Assembly: GCA_027021365.1 (NCBI GenBank)
Contig: JALUUM010000040.1
Coordinates: 23,928 to 87,927 of the forward strand
Length of the DNA: 64,000 nucleotides
DNA from: Spirochaetales bacterium
GTDB taxonomy: Bacteria > Spirochaetota > Spirochaetia > SZUA-6
Direction of reading: 5' to 3'
Position numbers and translations under genes: made by a program. Shown here piece by piece: positions 1 through 10,162 of this stretch (within the stretch, counting starts at the first letter, position 1; the number at the start of each line of letters is the position of its first letter). The notes under the pieces were generated by a model that saw nothing but the letters and a program-made list of their open reading frames with translations, was not told the origin of the DNA and made no database searches.

Positions 1-461
1 CTTACCAGGGCCTGGTTGTCATGTCCCGTTGCCCCGATGAACCTTATTTTCCCCTCGCGCTTGAAACGTTCATAGGTTTCCAGTACCCCGCCGGGCTTGA
101 TGATTTCAAAGAACTCCTCCTCCGACTTTACATCGTGAATATGGTATATATCGATGTAGTCGGTAGAGAGCTCTCTTAAGGACTTTTCGAGGCTCGACTC
201 TATCTCGCGCGGATCTCTGAAATGGCACTTGCTTGCTATTACAACCTTATCCCGCCTACCCTTCAGAGCAGAGCCTACCTTGTTCTCCGTTCCATAGAGC
301 CTTGCATTGTCGAAATAGTTGATACCCAGATCGAGAGCACGGTGAATTGCCCGCTCAGATTCTTTTCTAGTGGTTATGGAAAAGGCAAATCCGCCAAGCC
401 CTATTCGTGAAACTTTGAGCCCCGTGGAGCCTAATTCTCTGTATTCCATTTCGTATCCCAT
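1..461 (-). CDS. Aldo/keto reductase family oxidoreductase; the start codon is at 461 and the C-terminus runs off the window edge.
   Basis: The reverse-strand translation begins MGYEMEYRELGSTGLKVSRIGLG and continues through LGINYFDNARLYG to YIDIYHIHD. These are typical AKR N-terminal and active-site regions. Confidence 0.8.
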   Translation of the reverse strand, partial: MGYEMEYRELGSTGLKVSRIGLGGFAFSITTRKESERAIHRALDLGINYFDNARLYGTENKVGSALKGRRDKVVIASKCHFRDPREIESSLEKSLRELSTDYIDIYHIHDVKSEEEFFEIIKPGGVLETYERFKREGKIRFIGATGHDNQALV

Positions 462-623
462 GGTAATACTATACAATGGGGTCGCCCTTTATTTCAAATC
501 CTAGTATTAAATCGCATCAATTCCCTGTTTTATGGAAAATAATTTGAAAGTGGATATTGAAAGCATTCTTTATAAAATTTATTATGATTGTAATCGTACG
601 GAACTTTGGAGAAGGAGTCGCAG

Positions 624-1412
624 ATGAACAAGTATCTCTATTTTCTTTTGACACCGGAAGCTCTGGTAGCATCGATGCTTCCTCCGGAAGAATTCGGAAG
701 CTACCTTGCAGTAGGGAGCGAAAAGCGGGCTCACGGGCAGGCCATATTTTTCACTCTGGAGGGCCTGAAAGACCAGGGCTTTCCCCTCCAGGATATAGAA
801 ACCAGATGTGTTCCCCATCCAAACGGACAACCGAAACGTTCCGTTTATCTCTCCATATACAGGGTAATGGAGAGAATACCCCTTGAGGCAATAAAAGATC
901 TGTACCTCGTAACACCGGACGGCAAGGTTTTGAAAATAGAGAAATCCGAAAGCATTCCGCAGACAGGGCACAAGTTCAAACTTTACCAGGAACTATGTCC
1001 AGTTCATCCGAGGATTGTTAGTGGCTTGAGCCCTGCTGATTTTGTAAGATACATTACCAATGAAAACAACAACCTCTACGTACCTAAGATATGTTTTGTT
1101 GATCTGGACCTGGGAGAACTTGCAGATGACCCTGATCATGGAAGGGTCGGGAATCTCCCCTATTACTCGGTGGAACATATACGTGACTGTCTAAAGCAAC
1201 TGGAAGAAAATCCGGAAAAACAGACAAAAACGGTAAACAGGATTAACGCGCAGTGGTTTCCATACAGGACCATAGAAACCGGATTTTACATCGGCGCCGG
1301 TAACGATGTCCTATTCTACCCCTTCCCCACGGAAGAGCAATTGCAGAGAGAGTACTATGACTGGTGGAGATCAGCATCCATAATGGGGGACTCTTTCGGA
1401 ACCTCATTCTAG
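624..1412 (+). CDS. Hypothetical protein
   Basis: Long ORF with an ATG at 624 preceded by GAAGGAG. No motif was recognised. The TTG start at 606 in the track is less likely. Confidence 0.55.
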   Translation: MNKYLYFLLTPEALVASMLPPEEFGSYLAVGSEKRAHGQAIFFTLEGLKDQGFPLQDIETRCVPHPNGQPKRSVYLSIYRVMERIPLEAIKDLYLVTPDGKVLKIEKSESIPQTGHKFKLYQELCPVHPRIVSGLSPADFVRYITNENNNLYVPKICFVDLDLGELADDPDHGRVGNLPYYSVEHIRDCLKQLEENPEKQTKTVNRINAQWFPYRTIETGFYIGAGNDVLFYPFPTEEQLQREYYDWWRSASIMGDSFGTSF

Positions 1413-1452
1413 GGGAAAACACCGAAAACAGAATGATGATTCAGGCAAATCG

Positions 1453-2607
1453 GTGAGCAAGGGTACGGTAATATATACTTCCGCATTTCTCACTGCCCTT
1501 TCCGAAGGTATTCTTACCCTGGGAATCATCTTCTATATGAAAGATATCTTCGATGCAGGTGCAGGGACAATCGGCCTAATCGGGGGCACCTGGGCACTTT
1601 CCTACTTCATAGGTTGTATTACCTTCAGGCCGCTGCTGAGAGCTATCAGGCCACGTTTTTCGATGATAATATCTGGCTTTCTCATGGCTACCTCTGTAGG
1701 GTTGATTCTACTCTCTCGAAAAGTGGAATTCACCTTCCTGTTCTACAGCTTTTTTGGTCTCTCCCTGTCTCTCTTCTGGCCCCAGGCTATGGGATGGATG
1801 TCACACGGTTACGAGGGAAAAGACTTGAGCCGGAAAATATCAATGTACAACCTCTCCTGGATAAGCGGTATAATCGTAAGCCCGACAATCTGCGGATTCT
1901 TAAGCAAGAGAAATCCCACTCTTCCACTCTACACCTCTATCTCCCTCTTCATACTCACCTCCCTTCTGATTATCGGCTTTTCGATCTTCGTCAAATCGAT
2001 AGGCAGTGACCGGTACAGAGACACACAGAGAGATGACAGTGACATTTCAGGAACCAGAGAAACCTTCCTTCGCTACCCGGCATGGGTGGGGCTATTTACC
2101 ACGTACCTCGTGTTGGGGATCATCACAAATGTATTTCCCGTTTATGCAAGGGAAAGTCTGAACCTCGACAAAGTCACCATAGGCAATATCCTCCTGGCAA
2201 GGGGACTTGCAACTGCGGCGACATTCGTGATACTAGGAAAACTCGATTTCTGGCACTTCAACAGGAAGGTTTTGCTCGGAGGCCAGCTTTTTCTCTTTAT
2301 GACGATGGTGCTTACAATTTTTACCGAAAAGCCACTCACGCTTGCACTGATATTCTCGGTTTTCGGCGTGCTCTTTGCCCTCAATTATGATGAAAGCGTT
2401 TTTCACGGTGTTACGGGAAGCAGAAAGAGATCCACGAGAATGGCAATTCACGAGGCGCTGTTGACACTTGGCATAGTAACCGGTTCGATTGCAGGCGGGT
2501 TTTTACTCGAGAATTATTCGATGAATACTGTATACATCTTTTCCATAACAGTAATAATCATCACACTCCTTATTCAGGCCTCCATGACACGTATGTTCCG
2601 CACCTGA
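1453..2607 (+). CDS. MFS-type membrane transporter
   Basis: About 12 hydrophobic segments are arranged as two halves separated by a charged loop (RYRDTQRDDSD). GTG start. Confidence 0.7.
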   Translation: MSKGTVIYTSAFLTALSEGILTLGIIFYMKDIFDAGAGTIGLIGGTWALSYFIGCITFRPLLRAIRPRFSMIISGFLMATSVGLILLSRKVEFTFLFYSFFGLSLSLFWPQAMGWMSHGYEGKDLSRKISMYNLSWISGIIVSPTICGFLSKRNPTLPLYTSISLFILTSLLIIGFSIFVKSIGSDRYRDTQRDDSDISGTRETFLRYPAWVGLFTTYLVLGIITNVFPVYARESLNLDKVTIGNILLARGLATAATFVILGKLDFWHFNRKVLLGGQLFLFMTMVLTIFTEKPLTLALIFSVFGVLFALNYDESVFHGVTGSRKRSTRMAIHEALLTLGIVTGSIAGGFLLENYSMNTVYIFSITVIIITLLIQASMTRMFRT

Positions 2608-2712
2608 CAAGCAGCCCCGTAACCCGAACCGACAGGCAAAATCGCTGCGTCGGCACAGCATGCCAACCTACACTTGACATGAAACGACCTTTTAATATAA
2701 ACAGTTTACACT

Positions 2713-2979
2713 ATGGATATTGAAATAAAAAAACTCAACGAAAAAGAAAAAGAAGAAGTCGGTATCGATTCCTGGGGAATATGGGAAAAGGAAGTATCCG
2801 AGTTTCCCTGGAGCTATTCATCGGAGGAACGCTGTTACATTCTCGAAGGCAGGGCAATCATTTCTTACGAGGGTAAGAGCAAAGAGATAAAGGCCGGAGA
2901 CTTTGTTATTTTCCCCAAAGGGCTTCAGTGCACATGGAAGATAACCGAAGCCATACGGAAAAGATACAACTTCTTTTGA
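2713..2979 (+). CDS. Small cupin-fold protein (cupin_3/EutQ-like)
   Basis: 88 aa beta-rich protein with a GDFVIFPKG motif typical of small cupins. Confidence 0.65.
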   Translation: MDIEIKKLNEKEKEEVGIDSWGIWEKEVSEFPWSYSSEERCYILEGRAIISYEGKSKEIKAGDFVIFPKGLQCTWKITEAIRKRYNFF

Positions 2980-3075
2980 TTTTCTTTTAATTCACTATGG
3001 TGATTGTATCATAATCTTACCGTAGCTTTTACAGCATCTTTCTGTTGAAGTTACAAATCGTACAAATCGAGAGTC

Positions 3076-4284
3076 TTAATTTTCCAGAATCGTTATTTCC
3101 ACACGCCTGTTCTGTTTTCTCCCCTCCTCCGTAGAGTTGTCCGCAACGGGTTCTCTAGAGCCCTTCCCCCTGAATATCATCTGGGTGAGTTTCTTTGCGC
3201 CTATGGAAAGGAGAAAATCCCCAACAGCCCTCGCCCTCTCCTCGGAGAGTATCTGACAACTCTCCTCTGTGCCAATTCTTGCCGTGTGCCCGGTAATCAG
3301 GATATCTCTGTCGGGGTACTTCTTTAGTATCTCCCCGATCTTTCTGAGCTTTTCCTTCTCACTTGGAACGAGGAGTGCAGAATTGGGAGGAAAATTTATG
3401 TTCTGAAGGCTTATCGTTACGCCGTTCTCGTCTTCCTTTACCTTTGCATCCTCTATTCCCCTTTTCTCGATGTCTTTTTCAATTTCCCTCTTTACCTCTC
3501 CTCGTTTTAAGGGTTCTGCAATTATTACTTTTCCCTCCGATTCACCGGTCCATTCCACATAGTCACCCGATGCAAGATGAAATATGAAGTCAAATTCCTC
3601 CCTGTATGAGTGGGGTTTTCCCATATTGTTATCAAAGTAATAAACCTGACTGGATGTCCCGGTTATTATCCTCGGAACATTACCCGTATAATCCTCTGTT
3701 CCCTTGACCTTGTAAAAAACCGAGTAATCTATTTTTATGGCTGCTACTTCCCTGCCATCTACAGTTCTGTTCCCCAGGTATCTGTAATTAACATGCACGG
3801 GAAAGTGAAAAGCTTTGTCAACACCAAAATTTGCACGCAGATCGTGAACCTCCTCGCCATCTGCGCTCCAGCTTTCACCCTCCTTTACGTCTTTTTCAGG
3901 GAAAACCGGTACATTCCTCACTACGGGCATGAAATACTTCGAATCGATGGTATATATACCCCTTTCACTCCTCAAGAACTTCGAATAGTAGTCACTATCC
4001 AATTTGTAAGTATTGCTCCGACCGTAGGATCTTTCTGAGGTTTGAAAATGACATTCAAGCAGACCAGTTCCTTCATTTTCTTCCAGGACACTCACGGTTA
4101 TCTTGTCCAGTATATCCGCCGTATGAGAATACTTTCCATTCACAAATACCCTTTCCTTTACCTGTGTCACTATGCGGTACTTTTCCCCCGGTACATAACG
4201 GAACCTCAAGACCTCCCCGTACACCACACTGCCAAGGAGGAAAAGCAGGGAACAGGCAATAACAAGGATCGTGTTTTTTTTCAC
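3076..4284 (-). CDS. OmpA/MotB-domain outer-membrane protein
   Basis: N-terminal signal peptide and a C-terminal OmpA-like peptidoglycan-binding domain (ALLVPSEKEKL...ILITGHTARIGTEE...NRRVEITILEN). GTG start with an AGGAG RBS. Confidence 0.8.
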   Translation of the reverse strand: MKKNTILVIACSLLFLLGSVVYGEVLRFRYVPGEKYRIVTQVKERVFVNGKYSHTADILDKITVSVLEENEGTGLLECHFQTSERSYGRSNTYKLDSDYYSKFLRSERGIYTIDSKYFMPVVRNVPVFPEKDVKEGESWSADGEEVHDLRANFGVDKAFHFPVHVNYRYLGNRTVDGREVAAIKIDYSVFYKVKGTEDYTGNVPRIITGTSSQVYYFDNNMGKPHSYREEFDFIFHLASGDYVEWTGESEGKVIIAEPLKRGEVKREIEKDIEKRGIEDAKVKEDENGVTISLQNINFPPNSALLVPSEKEKLRKIGEILKKYPDRDILITGHTARIGTEESCQILSEERARAVGDFLLSIGAKKLTQMIFRGKGSREPVADNSTEEGRKQNRRVEITILEN

Positions 4285-4466
4285 CAGTTCATCTCCTAGT
4301 TAATATTCAACCTAGTTAATATTCGGCCGATACACACATTATTATATCCCTCTCGGCAATAAAATTAACGCTCCTCTTGGTGTTTAACAAATAAACTTGA
4401 CAAACTGCTCATGTAGGCAGTAATTTAAAGAAAATCGATCTTTGGAAGTATATTTTTTGATATTTT

Positions 4467-6011
4467 ATGGGACCGCTTAAAAGAAAAATTAAAGAAGCGG
4501 AAATCTTGGATTTCATGAAGCGTGGCGGTTTTTCAAAACCGACACTGCTTCAAAAGAGAGTAATTCCCATTATTGCCAGGGGCGGTGACATTGCAATCGA
4601 GGCTGGTGAGAAAACAGGTAAGACTGCCGCTTTTATCTTGCCATTGGTTAAGTATATTGATACTGAAAAACCGGGGATCAAGGCGGTAGTCCTCACCCAT
4701 TCTGCAGACAAGGTTCGGAAGATAAGAAACGAATTCAAGCGCCTGGTTCCACATGGAAGTGGTCTTACCTATGTTCCTCTCAACGAAGATGAGGAAATAC
4801 GAAAAGAGGTAAGACTGCTTTCACGGACACCCGATGTGATTATAGGCACTCCGGGCAGGGTTATAGATCATATCCGGCGGGGGAATATAGATCTTTCAAA
4901 ACTCGAAAATGTTATTATCATGTCCCCCGGTGGAAATGACAATAAGGGATTTGAGAAAGATATAGATTTCATCTTTACCAAGATACCGCTTAAAAGACAG
5001 ACAATACTATTCTCTCCAAATTTGAAAGCTGAAGGAAGGCTCATGTCTTTTCTGAAGCATCCTGCCGTCATACCTGCGTCCAAATGGAAGAGAGAAAAAT
5101 CCTCTATAGAACATTCATTTATAGAGGTAGAAGAGCACGGCAAGAGGAATCTTCTGGTAGATCTGATCAATGCAAAAAATCTAAAAGGTATTGTTGTATT
5201 CTGCAGGACCATAAAAGATGCGGAAGACCTTCACAAGTATCTCAAGCGGAAAGGTATGACAACATCACTTGTACATCACGAACAAAGGCAACCGGCAATA
5301 TTGAAGAACGAACGCGATTTCAAATCGGGCAAGAATGATATACTAATAACAACCGACCTTGGTGCAGAAAAGATACACTGCAGACCAAAACATATAATAA
5401 ATTTCGACATTCCGCCCAGCTCCGAGAATTACCTGATAAGAGCTGGTTTCAACACGGAACGCGAAGAGGAGCTTAGTACCATAACGACCTTTGTTACAAA
5501 GGAACAGTATTTTGAACTTTTGAAGATAGAGGAGAGTATCAAGATGAACATAAAAAAAGAAGATGCCCCGCAAGAGGAAGACATCCTTAAAGGTACAATC
5601 AAGAAAATCGTACAGGTTATAAAAGAGGAAGAAGATCCGGACATACTTAACTATTACAGGAAAATTGTACGCCAGAACGTTCCTATTTTCCTCCGTTCAT
5701 ATTTTGCAGCCTATCTGTTAAAGATTTACCTTGGCAAGGAAAAGAAGCAGGAGCCCGGTATAACAAAACTCTTCGTCAGTGTCGGGAAAAACAGAAGGGT
5801 ATTCCCCAGGGATTTGAGGGGGCTGTTCATCAGTAAGCTCAACTTGAAAGCTTCTCAGGTGGGACCTGTAAAAATTCTCGACAATTATTCCTTCATAGAT
5901 ATTCCGTCACGATACGCAAAGGAAGCTATCGAAAAACTGAACGGCATAGATTTCAAGGGCAGAAAAATTACCGTAAATTATGCAAGGAAAAAGGAAGGCA
6001 GTAAATCCTAG
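4467..6011 (+). CDS. DEAD-box RNA helicase homolog with degenerate catalytic motifs and a DbpA-type C-terminal RNA-binding domain
   Basis: The DEAD-box motifs are collinear but altered. The Q motif reads FSKPTLLQ and motif I reads AGEKTGKT. Motif Ib is TPGRVIDHI. The DEAD box is replaced by IIMSPGG, SAT by SPN, motif V ARGID by GAEKI and motif VI HRIGRTGR by IRAGFNTE. The C-terminus (KLFVSVGKNRRV...GRKITVNYARK) is DbpA-RBD-like. Confidence 0.7.
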   Translation: MGPLKRKIKEAEILDFMKRGGFSKPTLLQKRVIPIIARGGDIAIEAGEKTGKTAAFILPLVKYIDTEKPGIKAVVLTHSADKVRKIRNEFKRLVPHGSGLTYVPLNEDEEIRKEVRLLSRTPDVIIGTPGRVIDHIRRGNIDLSKLENVIIMSPGGNDNKGFEKDIDFIFTKIPLKRQTILFSPNLKAEGRLMSFLKHPAVIPASKWKREKSSIEHSFIEVEEHGKRNLLVDLINAKNLKGIVVFCRTIKDAEDLHKYLKRKGMTTSLVHHEQRQPAILKNERDFKSGKNDILITTDLGAEKIHCRPKHIINFDIPPSSENYLIRAGFNTEREEELSTITTFVTKEQYFELLKIEESIKMNIKKEDAPQEEDILKGTIKKIVQVIKEEEDPDILNYYRKIVRQNVPIFLRSYFAAYLLKIYLGKEKKQEPGITKLFVSVGKNRRVFPRDLRGLFISKLNLKASQVGPVKILDNYSFIDIPSRYAKEAIEKLNGIDFKGRKITVNYARKKEGSKS

Positions 6012-6598
6012 TGGACCTCCTTGATCCGGAATCAATTTCTTCCTTTATCGATTCAAGAAAAGACCGCTCAGACATCGAACTTGAAATCGGATGTGGAAAT
6101 GGTCATTTCATAGCTACCTATGCGGAAAAGAAGCCATACTCCACCATCATAGGAGTTGAAATAAAGAAAAAACGATGCCTCAAGGCCATGAAAAAAATAG
6201 AAAAGAGAAAACTGACCAATGCATTTATCGTGCAGGAAAGGGCCGAAATGGTACTGAAGAGGCTGCAGGACGAGTCCATAGATATAATACACATATATTT
6301 CCCTGATCCATGGCCAAAAACCAAACACAGGAAACGACGCCTAGTGAGAATGCCTGTCCTGGCGGAATTCTCAAGAATTCTCAAACCCGGTGGCAGGATA
6401 CTTCTTCTCACAGACTTTTTCGATTATTTCATACAGATGAAGGTTCTCTTCTCCCTTCATGACGATTTTGAAATCATACAGGATAACCTTCCTGAGGAAG
6501 TTTTCCTTTCAATATATGCGTCGAAGTTCTTATCCGCAAGAAGAAAAATCTATTCGCTTACCGTAAGCAGAAAACCAGTGGTAGATCCTATACTATGA
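6011..6598 (+). CDS. trmB: tRNA (guanine46-N7)-methyltransferase
   Basis: IGCGNG SAM motif and the FPDPWPK signature. GTG start overlaps the stop of the upstream gene. Confidence 0.85.
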   Translation: MDLLDPESISSFIDSRKDRSDIELEIGCGNGHFIATYAEKKPYSTIIGVEIKKKRCLKAMKKIEKRKLTNAFIVQERAEMVLKRLQDESIDIIHIYFPDPWPKTKHRKRRLVRMPVLAEFSRILKPGGRILLLTDFFDYFIQMKVLFSLHDDFEIIQDNLPEEVFLSIYASKFLSARRKIYSLTVSRKPVVDPIL

Positions 6599-7892
6599 AC
6601 CTGTGAAGAAACAGAAGAATCAGAAACATATTGATAACGAGGTCCGAAAAGATAAATATGGCAGATAACAATTCGTAGATACGCGCCATGCTCTGGCATT
6701 TTCTTGCTTCCCTCTCCGGATTCCCCGGAATAGCCACCATCTCAGCCATGGGATCCACCGGCCTCTTTAGTTTTCTTTTTACCAGAGCTCCAAACAGGCA
6801 CATATAAAGCTCTCCGGGCAAAGATTTCATATTTACCGCTCCCTCACGAAATACAGGAGTCCCCTCGATCGAAGAAACATCAGGGCTGCTAACAGCCAGA
6901 GAATTGTAGAGAGACAACAGTGAAGCTCCACTTGCAAGACCACAGATTCCGCAGTAACCTTCGCCTGTCGGTAAAACAGCCTTCTTTATCCTGGGATTCT
7001 TCAATGCTTCAGAACTTTCCACCATTTCGGAATCCCTTTCGGTGCCCTCACCAATACCATTTGAAAAATATCTCAAGGGCAATCTCAACAAATCCCTCTT
7101 TGCCCGCAAGACTCGCCCCTGCTTCCAAGTCCACCTGTATAGAAAATAGAAGAGAACTCCCGGTGGAACAAGAGATGCAACGGGGAAAGAAGCAAGGGTG
7201 ATAGCGAAGAGGGCCGGTACCCTGAGCATCGGGTTGTGCAACATCAGGTAGGAGAGAAAGAGAAGAGAGAGAGAACCTGCCAATATCGAACCGAAGGTAA
7301 ACTGATTGAAATACTCATTTCGCTGCCGGCCTGCCCAGATAGCTCTCTTTAGTATAGTTTCCATTTCACCATCGTAGATTACAAAGAGAAGTTTTTTCTC
7401 CGGCTGGGACCTGAAGATTCCATTTCCGCCTTCCCTGTACACCATGCCACCAACAAATACCCTGGTACCCTCCGAAAGTGAAAAAATCTCATTCCAGTGC
7501 ATACTCTTCGGCTCTTCATCGGGAAGGACTTCCTGGAGGTTCTCTATAAGAGATTCACCTGAAAATATGGATGTTGAAGGAAGCATGTACACTACTACAT
7601 CCTTCATGTAAGCAGCCACGGTAAGGTTTCCGTTTTTTATCCAGAGCATGTTGTCACCCTGGAGAGCCTCTATTGTGCCGAAAAAACGGAATTCACCCAC
7701 CGGACCATCCTTGCCTCCCCTTATATCAGAGTAAGAGATAAAGGGTTGCAGGCTCAACTCGATAAGTCGTTTCCTGAAACGTCTCCAGTGAGAACGTACT
7801 ATGAATGCACCTATGCCGGGAATCAAGCCAAAAAACACAAATGCGATGACAAATACAAAAGCAATATATTCAAAAAACGTAAACATCCCCAT
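6588..7892 (-). CDS. Membrane protein of unknown function
   Basis: Several hydrophobic segments. The preferred start is MGMFTFFEY at 7892. The track's longer ORF extends to 8003 and would overlap the divergent gene. Confidence 0.55.
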   Translation of the reverse strand: MGMFTFFEYIAFVFVIAFVFFGLIPGIGAFIVRSHWRRFRKRLIELSLQPFISYSDIRGGKDGPVGEFRFFGTIEALQGDNMLWIKNGNLTVAAYMKDVVVYMLPSTSIFSGESLIENLQEVLPDEEPKSMHWNEIFSLSEGTRVFVGGMVYREGGNGIFRSQPEKKLLFVIYDGEMETILKRAIWAGRQRNEYFNQFTFGSILAGSLSLLFLSYLMLHNPMLRVPALFAITLASFPVASLVPPGVLFYFLYRWTWKQGRVLRAKRDLLRLPLRYFSNGIGEGTERDSEMVESSEALKNPRIKKAVLPTGEGYCGICGLASGASLLSLYNSLAVSSPDVSSIEGTPVFREGAVNMKSLPGELYMCLFGALVKRKLKRPVDPMAEMVAIPGNPEREARKCQSMARIYELLSAIFIFSDLVINMFLILLFLHRFIV

Positions 7893-7937
7893 CTCAATAT
7901 TGAAAAAAGAAGTCAAATATTTTAATTTAATTATACA

Positions 7938-8606
7938 ATGCTGGAAAGAATTGTGATAGATCCTCTGAAAACAAACTGTTACATCTATTCTATTGATAAA
8001 CACAGATGCATAATTATAGACCCTGGCGGAAGCGAACAGGAAATAATATCACGTCTGGATATGCTGAACATGCGCCCGGAAGGGATTGTTTTTACGCACG
8101 GTCACTTCGATCATACTGCGGGTGCCGGGAAATTGAGAGATTTCTATTTGAAAAAAGAAATAGAGCTGAAACTTGCAATCCACGAAAATGACGCTTCATA
8201 CCTCGGATCCAAAGCCAAAGACATGAACAAAAGGGACTTTTCAGCATTGGGATTCGCCCTAGAAAACTTCAGTGTCCAGGTTTTTCAAACCCTTCCCGAG
8301 GCTGACATAAAATTGAGAGAGGGCGATTCTGTCTTCGATTCCGACTTGAAGGTCCTTGAAACTCCCGGCCACACACGGGGAAGTATCTGCCTCTACTCCG
8401 AAGAACAGGGAATACTCTTCTCTGGCGACACCCTCTTCTTCGAAGGAATCGGAAGAGCAGACCTACCCGGCGGAGATGAGAAAACTCTCATAGCGAGCAT
8501 AAAGGAAAAGATACTTTCACTTCCCCCTGAAACCAGTATCTATCCTGGGCACGGACCTTCCACCACAGTGGAAAGGGAACTGAAGGGTAACCCTTTCATC
8601 AACTAG
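7938..8606 (+). CDS. MBL-fold metallo-hydrolase (glyoxalase II-like)
   Basis: HGHFDHTAG metal-binding motif followed by downstream TPGHTRGS and D/H ligands. Confidence 0.85.
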   Translation: MLERIVIDPLKTNCYIYSIDKHRCIIIDPGGSEQEIISRLDMLNMRPEGIVFTHGHFDHTAGAGKLRDFYLKKEIELKLAIHENDASYLGSKAKDMNKRDFSALGFALENFSVQVFQTLPEADIKLREGDSVFDSDLKVLETPGHTRGSICLYSEEQGILFSGDTLFFEGIGRADLPGGDEKTLIASIKEKILSLPPETSIYPGHGPSTTVERELKGNPFIN

Positions 8607-8613
8607 TCCTTTC

Positions 8614-9255
8614 CTACTCCTCCTGCTCTTCCTCGATCTTCAGGAGGAGTTTTTTTAACTCGGGATGTTTGTCTATTTCCAGAGTTATTTCCTCTTCCTC
8701 TCTGTCCTTCACGAAGATCAAATTACTCTTTATCCTGCCCTTCCAGTTGTGTCCGCAGTTGAGACATTTGGAAAAGGATCTCTCCCGTGCGTTGTAATGA
8801 AAAACATTGACAGAACCACACTTGGGACATGGTTCCTCGATGTAAACGAGATCCACTACTATCTCCTTCAAACCATTCAATTCTTTCGGTTTTAAGAGAT
8901 GAAACGTTTCATGTACACCAGCTATGTTGGAAAATATCAGTATATTGCCATCTTCGAGGAACAACCTCGATACCGAACCGGATTCCACCTTCACCTCAGG
9001 TAATTTGAGCGATTTGAGCTTTCCCCCTTCATCGATCTCAAAGAATTCTACTTCATCTCCCTTTTCAACCCAGTCCGGTATGATACTGTGATAACTTCCC
9101 AGTATGGGCGAGAAGTAGAACCATCCTTCTCTACCGTCTTTCAGGCGTCTTCCAAAGAGTTTAACAGAGGGCAGATTATCTACCTTGACACTTTCATCTA
9201 TCAGGTTCTTATTCTCCGGATATATTATCCTCTTCTCTTCATTTTCCCCTTTCAT
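8614..9255 (-). CDS. Hypothetical protein with an HExxH motif and a C4 zinc ribbon
   Basis: GVHETFHLL (HExxH), then CPKCG...CLNCGHNW, with an acidic C-terminal tail. Confidence 0.55.
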   Translation of the reverse strand: MKGENEEKRIIYPENKNLIDESVKVDNLPSVKLFGRRLKDGREGWFYFSPILGSYHSIIPDWVEKGDEVEFFEIDEGGKLKSLKLPEVKVESGSVSRLFLEDGNILIFSNIAGVHETFHLLKPKELNGLKEIVVDLVYIEEPCPKCGSVNVFHYNARERSFSKCLNCGHNWKGRIKSNLIFVKDREEEEITLEIDKHPELKKLLLKIEEEQEE

Positions 9256-9321
9256 GATAGCTTACATTCTGTTCCCAGAAATTTGATTCTGTCAAGGAGT
9301 AACAATTATAGCCTTGTTTGC

Positions 9322-9711
9322 TCATGCAAGCAGATTTACGATCAAACCGGATTCAATACCGATTCCTGAAGAATAACTGGCCAGGCTGTTTACGGAAGCC
9401 TTTAGTTGCAGGGATAGTTTCTCTATGACATTATCAATGGATTCTTTATCGATTCTTCCCACCGCGATATTTCTTGTATTACTGTATTTTCCCGTCCTTA
9501 TCAGTTTCTCTATCAATCCGTCCAGTATTCGCAGCTTGTACAGAGAAATGCCACCGACCCCCTGTTTGGATGGAATTGCATCTATATGTTTGAAAACGGC
9601 AGAGATCGAGCCGAGGGGTTTTACAGGATAGCGAATCTTGCCACTCGATTCCTGTATTCTCATTATAGTAGGGAAGCTTATTATTGGAACGCTCTGTATC
9701 GCAGAAACCAT
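9322..9711 (-). CDS. Hypothetical protein
   Basis: ORF in the same orientation between the dksA-like gene and the HExxH gene. No motif recognised. Confidence 0.4.
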   Translation of the reverse strand: MVSAIQSVPIISFPTIMRIQESSGKIRYPVKPLGSISAVFKHIDAIPSKQGVGGISLYKLRILDGLIEKLIRTGKYSNTRNIAVGRIDKESIDNVIEKLSLQLKASVNSLASYSSGIGIESGLIVNLLA

Positions 9712-9787
9712 ACTGTTCCCACCCCGATTTTATTTATCGGTAAGATGGAAACAGATTTACAGTGAAATATGATTGAATTATACGAGT

Positions 9788-10162
9788 TTATCTCTTTTTA
9801 CGTTCCTCTCTGGCCTTGCACTCGATACAGAGAAGAGCATATGGTATCGCTTCCAATCGCTCCCTTGGAATCTTCTTACCACAGCTCATGCAGATACCGT
9901 ACTTGCCATTTTCTATTCTGGCAAGAGCCGAATCTATCAGTTGCAGCCTCTTTATTTCCTGCGATCCCAGAGCCTGAAGTATCTTCTTGTCTATATCCTC
10001 GGCAGCTATATCAACGAGATCCTTCGGATCTATATCATCTATAATATTCTTGAAATCTTCATTTTCACTTGCAAGATGTTTAAGGATTTCCTTTTTCATC
10101 TTTTTGAGGTTTTCTTTCATCCTGGAAATAAAATCCTTATCCATACCCTCTCCCGGAAACAA
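9788..10162 (-). CDS. DksA/TraR-family C4 zinc-finger regulator
   Basis: Coiled-coil N-terminus and CMSCGKKIPRERLEAIPYALLCIEC, the DksA/TraR zinc finger. Confidence 0.8.
   Translation of the reverse strand: MFPGEGMDKDFISRMKENLKKMKKEILKHLASENEDFKNIIDDIDPKDLVDIAAEDIDKKILQALGSQEIKRLQLIDSALARIENGKYGICMSCGKKIPRERLEAIPYALLCIECKAREERKKR

Noticed and set aside
557-971. Overlapping small ORFs at 557-886 (+) and 582-971 (-)
   Set aside because: They overlap the better-supported 624..1412 gene (RBS plus ATG) and are not independently supported.
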